Assembly: GCA_035084275.1 (NCBI GenBank)
Contig: CM068756.1
Span: forward strand, 4,526,001-4,590,000
Reading direction: 5' to 3'
DNA from: Hydrolagus colliei
Taxonomy: Eukaryota
Length of the DNA: 64,000 nt
Shown: in pieces, positions 1-13,588 of the stretch
How the letters are laid out: each line of letters begins with the position of its first letter
How positions within the stretch are numbered: position 1 is the stretch's first letter
Notes under the pieces: model-generated
Databases searched by the model: none
The model's input: the letters and a program-made list of their open reading frames with translations, nothing else
Told to the model about the DNA's origin: nothing
Program-made: the position numbers and the translations under genes

Positions 1-285
1 TAGTTTTCCTCATTCAGATACCGATTGATTGGTTCGCGGATTGATTGATTGATTGGTTGGTTGATTGACCTGCTGTCTTGTTCAGATCGCCAGTCAGTGT
101 AGTTTCAGGTTTTTATCCATCATTGATCCCTGACTCCACCGCCTTCCTAATGATCTCATCGACAATGGCCATGGACTTCACCCAATGGGTGAAGTCGCCA
201 AAATAAAACGCCTTACGTGCTCGTCGATCAGTCGTGCAAGGTGCCTGAGAGATCGCCCACCAATCCATTGCAATCCCGGTGCTAT

Positions 286-331
286 ATTCTGATATTCTGT
301 GAAGCGCTTTGAGACGTCTCGGCGACCTAAG
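286..331 (+). mobile_element. 3' tail fragment of tRNA/Deu SINE
   Basis: ATATTCTGTGAAGCGCTTTGAGACGTCTC matches the tail of the full copies in this window. Confidence 0.7.
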
Positions 332-825
332 TATTGTTAGTGTAGGTTTCCGACGCGTTGTGGCTCTCCAGCCATTGACTGCAGGATCCCAGGCCCTTCC
401 TTGCGCCTCACTGCTGCAGTTGGTCCCAAGCTCCGCCTTTCTTGCGACATCCACTTGTTTACCACGGGCCCCGAGGAGCCCGCTCCACCAAACTTGCTAC
501 CCGGATTTGATTGACAGCCGCGGCCACCAATGAGCGGCCGGAAAATCGTGGCACTCACGGCCAATTGGAAGAGGAGCTCAGCGATGGCCATTGTTGCGCG
601 GACCGTGGGAATCCACGGTGGCCAATGGGCGGCGGGAAGTGGGAGGTGTAGGCGGGATTAGCGCAGTGTTAAGTTTGGTTACGCAGAAACCATCTGACAG
701 TGGGTCAGTCGGTGCGAGGAGGGCAGCTGGTGCGCGAAATTTGGGCTGCGGCGACAGTTTGTTTTTAAACGGGAGTCGCGAGACGCCGCTTCCCCTCCGG
801 CAGCGGCCACAGCTCAAGCCCCAAG

Positions 826-865
826 ATGCCGTCAGAGAAATCCTTCAAACAGAGGAGGACCTTCG
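826..865 (+). CDS. MAP1LC3B: MAP1LC3B coding exon 1 (MPSEKSFKQRRTF)
   Basis: ATG at 826, 40 nt, donor G|GTAGG at 866; LC3B-type N-terminus. Confidence 0.96.
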
Positions 866-938
866 GTAGGTTCGGGGTCACTTGTGTTTGCTTCCGCAGC
901 ATCACCACCTCGGCGGCCTCACCTAACTCGGTAGTGGT

Positions 939-961
939 GGGGGGGGGGGGGGGGGGGGGGG
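939..961. repeat. G23 homopolymer (other long G/C runs at 3441-3462, about 40190-40209 and about 42440-42470)
   Basis: Directly visible. Confidence 0.9.
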
Positions 962-3724
962 TCGGTGAGTGGCAGTCAACTATATGTGTCCTAAGATCAG
1001 GGCAAACCTAGAGGGTGTCTCCTCTCCAGGCCGCTCAGGAACGACCGTGTTGTCTCCGGGGATTGCCGAGAGCCGAGCTCGCCTCGTCTCTCTGAAGGTC
1101 GAGGGCCTGATGCGCTTCCTGCCAGGCCAAGGCCAGGCTTTCGTCGGTTTAATCCGTCGCTTTCAGGCCTTGGTTTACCCCGGTGGCTGGGGATGGGGCG
1201 GGCGGGTGTAAGGTGGGGGTTGGGTGCGGAGAAGGAGGATGAGGTGGGTGTGGGGGGAAGCGAACGAATCGACTCAAAAACGATTGTAAAGCGGAGCGAC
1301 GGTTGGTGCGCGTCGGGCGGATGACTTCATTGTTGCTGGGGTGGTTAGAGCCGTGTTGAGGGGGGGGGGTGGGGATGGGCTGCAGTGTCCAAATTCTCCC
1401 TGTTAAAATATATTTTTTCTGACACTTTTCCTCCACCCTTCCTATCCCCCCCCCCCCGCCCCCCACCACCAAACACACACACACACACTCACTCCCCTTC
1501 CCTCACCTGTTTACTGCCTTGTATCTAAGGCCGTTTCCGATTCATTCCTCGCAATCTATATATTTTTTAACGAAATGCCTTGGGAAAATTCTACAAATAC
1601 AAGCGATAACATTGTGTAACTTTCTCATTTAATGCCCCTCCCCCTTCCCCCCCATAACAACTTTTTAACAGTGCTTGTGTAATGTATTGAATCTGGCAAG
1701 GTGCACTGTATTTTAATTAACCCTCTCATCGATTCTTCAATATCTGAGAGTAAGGAAACATCTAGGAATCAAACCGTGTTGTAGAAGCCTCAGGGCATCG
1801 GAATTGAAGAGGTAAAAGCAATGACATTGAAATGTCTCAGGACTCGTTTGATGGCACTTAGCTTTTGGATGGGATTTTATTACATATCCCTGAGCAATCA
1901 ATTTTCCCACCATGGAGTAAAGGGAACCTTTGCAGATGGATTTTCAAACATGCTATTTTTATTAGTGGGTCATTTCAGTGTTGCAGTTTCCCAATACAGT
2001 ATATGTTGATGTCCAGCAAAGGGCGTGAATCGAGGTCGACCATTTCCCTACTTTTGTCCACTTTGAGGTGTGCAAATAAATACATTGGCTAATCCAAAAC
2101 AATGCTTTTTTCTATTATATCCTTGATGAAACTCCTTGCTTTACTTATCACTTCTCCAGATTGATACATTTCCAGTTTTATACATCTTAAAACTGTATCT
2201 GAGGCCTACTGTCAGTTATGTTTATTCTCCTCTGTTCAAGTTGTTTTTACATCTATCCTGCACAGGATTTTAGAGTATTTTGTATTTGTCAAAGGTCTGA
2301 AGCTTGGTAATTTGCTAATTAGAGTACTTTTGTAATTCACAGTGCAAGTTGGATGATTGTCATTTATAATTTTGTTTATATTGAGAGCTTCATTAAAATA
2401 ATAATCTTTGTAAAACTTTGTAAGGAGTGTAAGAAGAATAAATTAGCCCAGAATTCAGGAAAGATCAAATGTTTTAGTGGCTTTTTCAATATATTGTAGC
2501 AGTCTAAATGTTATAGATATTTAGTGCACTTTGAGTATCTGATGGTCAGTGAGTTAAAGGTGCTTTTTTTAATTTGAAGGAGTAATATGGGTAGGCTATT
2601 CCATATTCCATATTACAGGAACCCAGTTTTATACCACTTAGGCAGAGATCGTGTGAGAAGTACTTTCCTATATAGAGGAAAACTCTGTTAAGAGTGAGTC
2701 TATCTGGCTCCCTGCCATTCACAAGAATGTCCCTGGCTTTGGCAGATCATCAGCTGCAGATCACCATCCCTACATGTTGTAGATAGCTGATATCCTTAGA
2801 CAACAACAACTTGCATTTAAATAGACAGAGAGTAAATTAGAGTCCCACAAGGGACTTCACTTTAGTAGCAATTGGGCAATGACATTTCATCGAAAACCTA
2901 ATGGAGTTTGGATCTTTATTATTGGGAACCCTTGTATTTGTTCTAATCTTGAAACACACATGTTGGTGTGCATTTCCTTCTTTTCTGAAATGACAATCAG
3001 ACAAGATGGTAGAGATAGTTTTATTGGCCTTGCAAGAAACAGAGGGAGTGGCTTATGTAAGTACCTATCAAGTCAACAATATTTGATAAGTAACCCAGGA
3101 ATGAAAGGGCCTTTTGGAGTGTATTTAAGCATGTCTTTCTGAGGTTGAATATCTGAAATATTTGTGGAGGAATTGTTGCTGCAAGATCTTGGATTCCAGT
3201 TTGGATTTTCAAACACCCGCAAAGAGAGAAAAAAAACTATAAGATCCTACAGAAGGAGTTTGTATTCTTCACAGCTGAGAAAGCAGGCTTCAATCTGACT
3301 AGACAGTTTAAGCTGTAGATGGGCTGTGGATGTTATCCAAGAGACTGACTGCTCAATGGTCCCAGCCAAGAAAAAGTACAGGCTGCAGCAGCCCCTACAG
3401 CAGCCCCTACAAATTGGCAACCACTCCAGACTTCCATTAACCCCCCCCCCCCCCCCCCCCCCACTCCCATTTTGAATGGACTATAGGGAAAAGGTGCAGC
3501 ACACACAGTGAGAAGGGAAGGGGTGGGTAGAGTGAAAGATAAGCTAATATTGTGTATGCTGAGGAGAGGAGAAAGGATTGCTTGGAGGGAGAACAGAACT
3601 TTTTTTATTTTAAATTATCGACATGCATTAATCATTACCATCTTCTGTAATGATTGAAAGAAAAATAGTTGAGATTAGTTTCCAGAAAAATGTATTTCAA
3701 GCAAGGGTGCATCTGTTTAAATGT

Positions 3725-4049
3725 GGAGTCCTGTCGCTCAGTGGTTAGAGCACTCGCCTTACAAGTGTGATACCTGTGTTCAAATCCAGGCAGGTTAGGG
3801 TGAAATCTTGGGCAAATTTCCTTACTCCATACACCTTTTTTTTGAGGGATTAATAATCCCTCAAAAAAAAACACTATAAGAAAAATTGGTCATTTCAATC
3901 CACAGCTGTTTGTGGGACGCTGCTATGCGCAATTGGCTGCCGCGTTTCGCACACAAATATACAGTCTATTCACTTAACAGTATATTCTGTGAAGTGCTTT
4001 GAAACGTCTGGAAGACATGAAATTACTGCATCAAATGCAAGGATTATTA
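3725..4049 (+). mobile_element. Full-length tRNA-derived SINE (short Deu-like core, L2-type tail) in MAP1LC3B intron 1
   Basis: A/B-box head GTCCTGTCGCTCAGTGGTTAGAGC...GTTCAAATCC, core CTGTTTGTGGGACGCTGCTATGCGCAATTGGCTGCC, tail AATGCAAGGATTATT; many copies in window. Confidence 0.9.
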
Positions 4050-5336
4050 ACTGTTAAATGTAAAATCAGTTTATTTGGAGGGCCAGTCTTCAATTCATAG
4101 GTATTTTCAAATTGTTAGATTCCAATGCATTTGGCATCACAATCTGCTAATTGTGTTTCCCATCTAGACATTGGTCAGCATCTGTGCATAGGATCTACAG
4201 ACTCTGGAGGAGGACCAGATTTTCAATTCAAACGTCTCGTGAAAGACAGGGTTTCTGTAGTAACTTAATTATTATTATCTCTATTTAATTTGCTTGTGGA
4301 CTTTTAAAAATGTAATTGAGTTTTGTGTGTGGGACTTCCGCCTTTCTACTCCCTGCTTTTTTGGATTCAAAATCCTGCTGAAGACTGTTTTAATGCCTTG
4401 GATATTTTTGACCAATACTTGATTCTATCAAGCAGGCAAGAGCAACAACCTATGTGCATAGGAATAGAGTTAGCAAAAAATAGGTTGAAATAAGTCTGAT
4501 ATGGGATTTGGTGCATTGAGATTTCATGTGGAGGCAATGAATTTTTTTTTGTTCTGGTTAAATTGCCTTTATAGGTAGCTTTCTCATCTAGAGTTTTAAC
4601 AAATTAATCTTGTTTTATCCCAGAGTGCTAAGTAGGTCATGGTTATGCTATCTTCTGCATTTCCTGGTGTTCATGATTAAAGTTAGTAAATTTATCGTTA
4701 TGGGTTTTGAGAGAAGTACTGGTTATTTTTGTTCAGAATTTTTATATCTTTGAATTTGCTTAGAAGACATTGGTCCTCAAACATGGAAATTGGAACAGCT
4801 GCTTATTGTATCAATGAAAATCTAGACTAATACTACAACTAAGGATAGGATTTATTTACATTTGGTACTAGAAAATGTAGGTGATCAAAAGTATAATTCC
4901 TCTGTAATAGATTGCAAAAGCAATTTCTAACGATAGCTGTGATATTAATGTCTGTAGGAGCACTTCCTATTCAGTGAGTGATGTAGGATTTATAACAGAT
5001 TGTCATACTACCCTGGAAGCTATTTGAGGTCACAAGAATAGTTCAGATAAATTTAATCTCAACCTGCCAGCATGCTTAACACTACAGTAAAATCCTACAA
5101 TAACATTTGCAACATTTGTAAATGAGTTCAGTGTGCTGCTGGCTGTGGAAGGGGAAATGGGAAGAGGGAATACTGTTACTCTGGTAGTGGTATCCTTGGT
5201 CATGGGAGAGCTAAACTTCAGATTGACAAACAAAATACATTGGTCTGTGATACACCGTTGATCATCGCTACATTTGCTATTCAAATGTTCAAATAAAAGT
5301 ACCAGTTTTTATTCCCCCTGTGCTTCTATTTTATAG

Positions 5337-5392
5337 AACAGAGAGTGGAAGATGTCCAAGTTATTCGTGAACAGCATCCAAACAAAATACCT
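5337..5392 (+). CDS. MAP1LC3B: MAP1LC3B coding exon 2 (EQRVEDVQVIREQHPNKIP)
   Basis: Acceptor tttatag|, 56 nt, donor |GTAAGT; phase matches exon 1. Confidence 0.96.
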
Positions 5393-5973
5393 GTAAGTAT
5401 CCTGTAGCATTGACTTGTGTAAATGTTGATAACATTTAGCATTTGAAATATGCAAGAATGTTGCTGTGATCTGATCTATATTGGGAGATACTGGATCTTT
5501 GGGTTATTTAATATTATGTTTACTCTAGTTGTGCCACTGAGGCATTCTGTCCTTGAATATGTACCCACCCTACAGAGTTTAAAAAAATATATAGATAAGC
5601 TTTTATAATGACTTTTAAACCAATGTTTTGCAACATTCAGTTTACAGGAAAACAAAGTTAGTGTTTTTTTATTGAACTATAAGGGTGGATCTCAGGAAAG
5701 ATTAACTTACTTCTAGTGTCACAATTGTATTTAAATGGTAGTTACTTTAATAATGTAGAGTAATGAGTTTGAGTATGAACATTAAAGCTTTATACTGTAA
5801 ATATCATACAATCTTAAATTCTTATTCACACATTGTATCCTTAAAATGGTTTGTTTTCATTTCTGCAGACATTTTCCCTTTAGAAATGTGCTCTGACAAT
5901 AATTTGCATAATCTGTTAATATTAGACATATGTACAGGTTTGCAACTATAGTAGGACTTTCCCCAGAAAATAA

Positions 5974-6105
<132 letters not shown>

Positions 6106-6997
6106 TAAGATCTATTCTGAACAGAGAAATGGCCTGCAACCCTTTGTTCCATGTTAGAGGTTCTTGTATTGTTTTCCTTATTCAGTAACGTTTTGGAATT
6201 GTTGAGAAATGTATTGATTGTACCATTGAATAGGAGCTCACCTCCATCGTTTTCTGGCCATTGTTATACATTTTCTTGTTAATTATATAGTCATGTCAGT
6301 GCCTGCCAGTCTTGTGTTGCAGTTGGACATAATTACGTAGGGATCGAAAATAGAATTTAATGTCCACAATTTACCTTAACGTCTTTTCTATTAACATTTC
6401 TTCAGTGCCCACATATAGTTTTATCACTTGAGTATAATGAGTGATGCTATTAGGTAATGTAATATTATTTTCCCCAATACATTTCAGTGCATATCAAAGG
6501 GAATATCAGTTCTAGAAAATGAAACATTTCTCTGCTTCGAGCAATCAGTGCCGTAGTCCCTTGATCACTACGACTAATTAAAGCCTGGCCAGATTTGGTT
6601 TCATTTTACTGAAAAACGGTATGTGTGTTTGTTTTCCATTCTTTATACAGGCTTGTAAATCCAATAATTTGGATAACAATCTTCGATTGAAAAATCTTTT
6701 AAGGTTATATTTGATTTGAAAGATGAACACAGTGATTCAGATGAATGCATCTGCAAATAACAATCTTGATTTCTAGCATGCCGTTTTAAATTGTATTACC
6801 TCATACTACAAGTACAAACTATTGCCCACTATTGATATTGTGTGTTTATCATGAATTGATACTTTGGTGTTGTGCTGCTCAACCGTTGTGAGTCTGCATC
6901 CTGCATCAGCGAAGGAAAGGGAAACATTTCCTCCTCAGCTGCTTGAAGTTTAGAACGTTGAACTGTTAGCAAGTGTGGATTTGCATTGATTAAATAG

Positions 6998-7234
<237 letters not shown>

Positions 7235-9680
7235 CACTAATCTGATTTGGAATACCTCCCTTCGATGTCCCTGTAGTAACCCTGTTATAATGCATTGCAA
7301 AACAAAAGCAATTTACCCAACTCAGCTGGGAATGAGGAGTGGTGATGCATAGAATTATTTCAATATAAAAGTTAATAAAGCATAACTACAGTCCATTGCT
7401 TGTTAGGTTCTCAGAAAATTATGAGTACTGTATTATTGTAGATGCTGTTTGCAGCAATTTTAAGCCAAATCGTAATCGTGTCCAGAAGATCATCAGGTAT
7501 GTTATTTTGGCCTCAATGTGAAATTTAAGTAACTTAAAAAAGGTAACATTCACTGTCAAAACAATTCTGCTGTAAGATTGAAGTTATCAAGAATTGTATT
7601 TCAAAAGAGTACTTTTTTAAGACCTACTTGATTTACATTTGACAAATGCCAGTAAATGGCTGCTGCTTAATAAAATGGCTGTATTTTTAATTCACCCATC
7701 CCTCTTCTGCACATGTTCACCGGAATTCAATATTGACTCTAGGCATACACATGGCTTTTGGGCTTAAACAACTGCATGGTGAGGTGTACAGGGTGAGATG
7801 AGCCTTTGCCTTTGTGGATGAGCTGCTGGCAGGAAAGATAAGAATATTGGCAAGCAGGTTGGAGCAATAGGGCAATTGCACAAACCCTGACCTTCACTTT
7901 TTGTTGATAAGCATTCTCTGATATGTAACCTGTACTTTAATATATCATTTCACTAATTCAAGCAACCTGACAATTCTAAAAATATACAGTTTCACTTGTG
8001 AACAAGCATTTGCATATTAATTCCCAATCAACTGGTGAATCCATGCACCCTATCGTTGAACATCTCCACACTGGATAGGATTCAGTAACTATTGAGAAAT
8101 TAGAGCTGATTATTTGTAAATAAGCACCCGCGTTCAAACCATTACTACTTCTAGAACATGTGTTGTGAAATTGTTAGCAAGCATCAGAATAAAGAAAAAG
8201 TTTAAAAGTAACTGATTTAAAAAGTTGTTCATATAACCAAAGCCCTGCATTCTAGACATTTCCACTAAAATCCCATGTACTTTTTGTGTAGGAGATCAAT
8301 ATTTTCTGGAACCCTCTGCTTACTTTAGTGAGATTAGAAAGTAAAATATAACTATCCACACATTTTAATGTAAAATGTTGTAATTGTTTAGTTATTCTCA
8401 AGCCATTGCAATATCCAACAGATGGGGATATAATTTACTGCTGCGTATGGATATTTATATTTGATGATAAATCTGTAAATTCGGTGTATTAGAGGCTTTG
8501 TAGCTGGAATAATTGACTGAAGATGAAAATAAGAAACAATTAATCTTTCTGCTCTTCACCCTGCATCTGCATCTAAAGATTTTCTTAGATTTATGGAGGT
8601 TAAGTATGCTTTGAAACCAACTTTATACTTTAAAAAGTTAAAGAACATGTGTTGTGTGGTTTCCTGGAAGACCAGCAAGACAGACACTTTTAAGGATTAA
8701 AAAGCTGAATAATTAAACCGAGCAACTGAAAAATTGACTTGTTAGGCAAACCTCCATTTGTTATTGTGTTAATAGTGGATCCAGTCTTTTCCTGATTTGC
8801 TACTCTTTGCTGGAAGTATCAACACCAGATGGGGTAATAAATGATAGCTACCTTAAGGTACTATACTATATTGTAAGAGGTACAGGCACGAAGGTGAAAG
8901 GGTAAACAACATTACAGGTCATGCCTCATGCTGTTGATAAACTGTTGTACTTTTTTTAAGTTTTAGTAAAGTTGCTGGTACTGTCAGCATTTAGTGGGAT
9001 ATCAGCTGCATTCTGCCATTGTTGATGTAATGCTGCAAGTGATTACTCAAAACAGAAGCCCCTGCAGTACTACATATCAGAAATATCCACTGTTACTAGT
9101 GTACATTCCAAGATCATAAAAAAGGAAACAGTTGCCTATCCAGACAAATTGGTAGCAAATAAAACAATTAATAATAGATTTGCAGTTTTTAAGATGCTGA
9201 TGCCAGATTTTTTTCATGCTTCCTCATTGACGGTCACTTGTGCTCTTTGCTCTGTTTGCTTACAGTATTAAGTCACTAGAACAGAATGCAGCTAAAAGTC
9301 CACAGATGTTCAGCAGTGCCTTTGAATTACTTGGTCATTTTAATTTTTTTCCATTTACATACACCCTGGAAATATTTTAATGTAATTTGAAATCTTACTT
9401 TGCTACTTTTATGTATATTTTCAAGAGTACATAAAACAGATTTATGTATTTTGTAAATGAGTACTGCATTTTTTAAATTGTATTACTTTCAATCTGTTGT
9501 CAACAAAACCTGAACTGACTAATTGTAAATATACTGTATATGATGCTATGATAGCGTTTTGAGTTGTGCCTGTATGGAAAAGATGCACTTGTCCTTTTCA
9601 AATTAAATGATATAAAGGTGTGGGATCTTGATAGCTTCTGTCCTATTTGTACACAAAAATATAAATGGCATAAACATAAT
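7235..9680 (+). other. MAP1LC3B: Probable MAP1LC3B 3' UTR with several candidate polyA signals
   Basis: AATAAA at 7374 and 7669 and further copies downstream; ATTAAA at 9602; U-rich UTR-like tract 9400-9670. True end cannot be fixed from sequence. Confidence 0.45.
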
Positions 9681-9869
9681 CATCTGGAATTTATTATTCA
9701 CTTTTGCTTAATTGGAGAGATTTAATTATAGCTTATGTCAGGGTCTCAAAAGCTATTTGTAGTAATTGTCATTTGTTGTGAAAAGAAACTGAACTATCAT
9801 TTTTATTCCTTAAATGAATTTTTTTTTACTGAATTCCAAATGGTACCTAGGATGAATCATCCTTTAGAT

Positions 9870-10144
9870 CAGTGGTCAACAAAACCTGGGGTCCACAATA
9901 GGGTCGTGAAGGGTCATCAGAAATTTCTTTTTTAATGCTGAAAATGCTTTTTTAATGCTTAAAAGTGACCGATGTGACACCGCCGACCAATTTGTATGAA
10001 AGACTACCAGCAAGTTGCGCTTGGTCCACAAAAAAGAAGGAGATATCGTCTTGGCTGAGCTTTGCTTCAGTCGCTCAGTCTGGATCGGGAGGACCTGTTG
10101 CTGGCCAATTTAGGGTCGCAGAAAAAAAAAATTGGGAACCACTG
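9870..10144. mobile_element. hAT-Charlie-like MITE (275 bp)
   Basis: Termini CAGTGGTCAACAA / TTGGGAACCACTG; 8-bp TSD CTTTAGAT (9862-9869) / CTTTAGAC (10145-10152), close to the Charlie NTCTAGAN target. Confidence 0.85.
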
Positions 10145-13100
10145 CTTTAGACACTGAGGCCTCGTCCTCTCCTAAAATATTCCTACCCATCTCACTCACA
10201 CAGGGTTAGTAACAGATATTCCCTGATGTGCAAATCAAGGTGAGTAAATAATAATAATAATACTTGAATTTGATTTAGCACCTTATCACGTTGTTGAAAT
10301 GCTACACAGAGTAAAATGACTCTTTGGACAGCTATAAAGGACACTTCAGTATTCAGAGCTTGGAAACAGTATTTTCTAGATGTTTCAATGTATTTTGCAT
10401 AATATCTTACTAATCTTACTAATCATGTTATTAAGTTCAGTTACTCCAATGACTCAAACCCCACATAGACTGGAGCAATTTTGTTCACTAAAAATGTATC
10501 CGATATTTTTATGTACTGTACCTGGCAGCTTCAAATCATCATATTCACAATACCTGACAGAAGATGGCACTATTGAAGTACAGTACATTTTCCTGGGATA
10601 TTAAGAGATTTTCCATTTGCACATATATATTTATAGATTGTAACGATTTGAAAGTTTGAGAGGAAGCTTGTGGGGGGGCCAAGAGATGGGATATGAGTGA
10701 CATTTAAGCCCAATTATTTGTCAAAATGGTATTTCTCATCAAAGTCTGACATCACTTTCACAAAGACCATTTAAACATGCAAATCACATGCTAATGAAGC
10801 TTCCCGACAGCCACTTAATCAAAGGGCTCCAGAAAAACCTGAGGAAATGGCAGCACCTTCGAGCACGTCAGAAAATGAAGGGGGTGGAACCTGTTCTTGT
10901 GATCATTGAAGTGTTGCATAAAATTATACCTTTTAAACTTCCATCCAATAGTAAGTAACGGGAACTGGGAAGAGACTTCTGTTAAAGTGAATATATAACC
11001 ACCGCAGGGACCAAGAGGGATGTAGGATGATCATCAGTTTAGGTTCAATGAGATAAACAGCTTTCTGTGATTGAGGAACATTACAAATAGTGATCAGTAA
11101 ATGCAGTCTTCTGTAGTGGAATATGCTGCTTTAATAACAGCACATTGTTAATGCTGTAACAATGACATGGCCATTTATGCTTTGAACTGTGAATCTTGGT
11201 TTAAGCCAAAAATGTCAAATCACCATTGGTTTAATCCGCAAATGTTTTTGCTACTATGGTCCCAGGCAGCACATCTATTTTTACATATATTAACAGGATA
11301 AAATTATCCATTCAAATGAAGGTCAACATTTTGACATCTGTGACCAGCACACTAGTTTATTAGCCTTCCATGTGGATGAAAAAGAACTGTATAAATATAA
11401 ATTGTGTGGTGTAAGTAAACACAGGAATTCCTTATTTAGCTACACATGACATCAGCTACTTGAGAAACTTTTCAAAGCTTTCATTGGTTGCTTGAACTCT
11501 CAGAAATAGCTCATATTGATAACTACATTTTGTGTTATTGGAGAAAATAGGTACAGTAGCTCCTTTGTGCCAGGGACACGGGATGCGTTAATTTTGAGAG
11601 CTGCAAATTGCAATCAAAATTCTGAAAGGGTTAAATGAATTGCTAAGGAATTTGTTGGGATGGCTTAATTAACCAATTTTAAATGACACATAATTGCATG
11701 ATACAATTTCTGTAAAGTTTGATCTTTATCATTGCTTTCATTTGAGTTAATAGGTATTTTGCAAATTAATGAATGAATGAATGAATTATGCATTAAATCC
11801 TATCTGACAGGAAAAAAAAGTAGAAGATAATGAGCGTCTGTGTGTGTTTGCGTGGGCAAACAGCTTCTAAGATGTGAGTAAAAGGATGAGGAAACAGCTC
11901 ACCAACTTTAAGACCTGCATTGTGAAGCTGTGCATTTACCATGTAATGAAAAATATGCATCTTTTCAATAACATTACCAAAAGTAACAGTATATATAACT
12001 ATCTATTGAATATATGTTTAAATGCCACCCATGGAACAAGATAATAATAATAATAATAATAATCTAAAGATCTATATAATAAATACGCTACCCTAACTAG
12101 TCTGGTTCATGGAGCTGATGGATATTGGATGACTACATTGTTGAAATGCACATACGGGTGTAAGCTACGTAGCCATGGTTACAAACATAAATTCAGATCA
12201 AAGCATGTGACTGGTTGCGGATTGAAGGGGACTATATCAGAGCTGGGTGCTCGGGTCTGTCAGACAGACTTGGAAGCAATTTGTTCAAAGGTCCTCTGCA
12301 GGTGGGTTCTGAATTTCTCCTTCACAGAAATCTGTGCGAACAGACGCCAAAACCAATCATAGCAATCAAGGTTTCACAGACAATCAGATGTTTCAAGTGT
12401 ACAGCTGGACTTTACTGTAAGGTATGTCACTTTTAAAAATATCATTTGTAAGTATGTTATTCATTTAGAAAATATGCAGGAACTGGAACAAAAAAGAATG
12501 ACTATATACAGTACATAACAAAAACAAATCTTGTATTCCTGCAGTCTCCCCACCGTACTAAAAAGCTAATAAAGTTTTCAGAATATAGAAGGTAAACAGA
12601 TTGATTTTATTTCTTCTGAAGTCGAGAGCAAATCATTAAATTTGACTTTGATTCAATCTTTGACTTCTCTTAATTTAAATATCCCACGTGTGAAGAATGT
12701 AAAGTAAATAAGGAAGATGATTGGCAATAGGTGGAGCGAAAGTCTTTTAAAATTTATAATTTGGAACTTTAGAATCTGAAAGGTCATTTAGACAGATTTA
12801 ATCCGGTGAATTTTCTTTTGCTATAAATCTGACCGATGAGTTTTTAACGGTACCCGATCTGGTTCTGAGTTTATATCTTTTAAAATAATAAATTGGTACT
12901 AAATCTAATGTTTATTTTTGCAATTTTTTTACACGTCTGGTGTAGTAAACTGAATTATCCTCGCATTTGATATTGCATCTCTCATGTCGGCTGGGCATTT
13001 CAAATCGCTTCATAGGATTTACTGTAAATCACAGTGACTGATTTTGCAGGCACTTTTAACCATCCAATGACACTGGGGACCCTTGAATGTAAAGAATTAA

Positions 13101-13588
13101 ATTCTGCTGTACATTTCAAATTGTAGTTCACAAAAGGTGAAATAGTGCAGTGAAGGGATGTTTTTGTAAGATTTAATAAAAAAATTACAGTTAGAATATT
13201 GATGATGAGAAGTATATTTGCTGCAAAATAATCAAGAATACTGTTAATTTATTACTGAGAGAATTATTTCAAGCTAAGCAATGCTCTAATCCTATTTTAT
13301 GCATACGTAGAACTCGTCTGAAAATTGTTAGAAAATAGGAAAAGAATACACACTTCAAAAAACAAATAAACATTCTCCCCAATAACCAAGTTAACAATTT
13401 CAGTATGATATAATGTATATTAAAATCAGAGTCAGATATAAATTACACAGTTTCATAATCCAAGGCACCTACCTTTCACTCTGTTATTACTTTGATTAAT
13501 TACAGTGGATTAGGAGCATTCTCATCAGAATCAAATCCATTACATAGTTAAACCTGTAAAGGACGTCTAAAGATTTGTTATTTTCACG

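Larger units (their letters stand above)
1..1400. promoter_or_regulatory. CpG-island promoter of MAP1LC3B, possibly bidirectional
   Basis: GC/CpG-rich against an AT-rich background. CCAAT at 182, 260, 527, 561 (CCAATTGG palindrome) and 622; ATTGG at 28 and 52; GC box GGGCGG 627-632; TTGTTTAC 455-462; GCGCGAAA 732-739. Limits approximate. Confidence 0.8.

Noticed and set aside
113-454. Minus ORF beginning 'MDVA', like the ZC3H18 N-terminus as recalled
   Set aside because: It starts at GTG, shows no further similarity and runs through a SINE tail.
3725-3800. tRNA-Val/Ala-like sequences here and at about 15530, 21706, 22908, 43614 and 45726
   Set aside because: All continue into SINE body and tail and have variable anticodons; they are SINE heads, not tRNA genes.
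10849-10870. CAGCACC as a possible REST/NRSE site upstream of TRHR2
   Set aside because: The right half-site GGACAG is absent.
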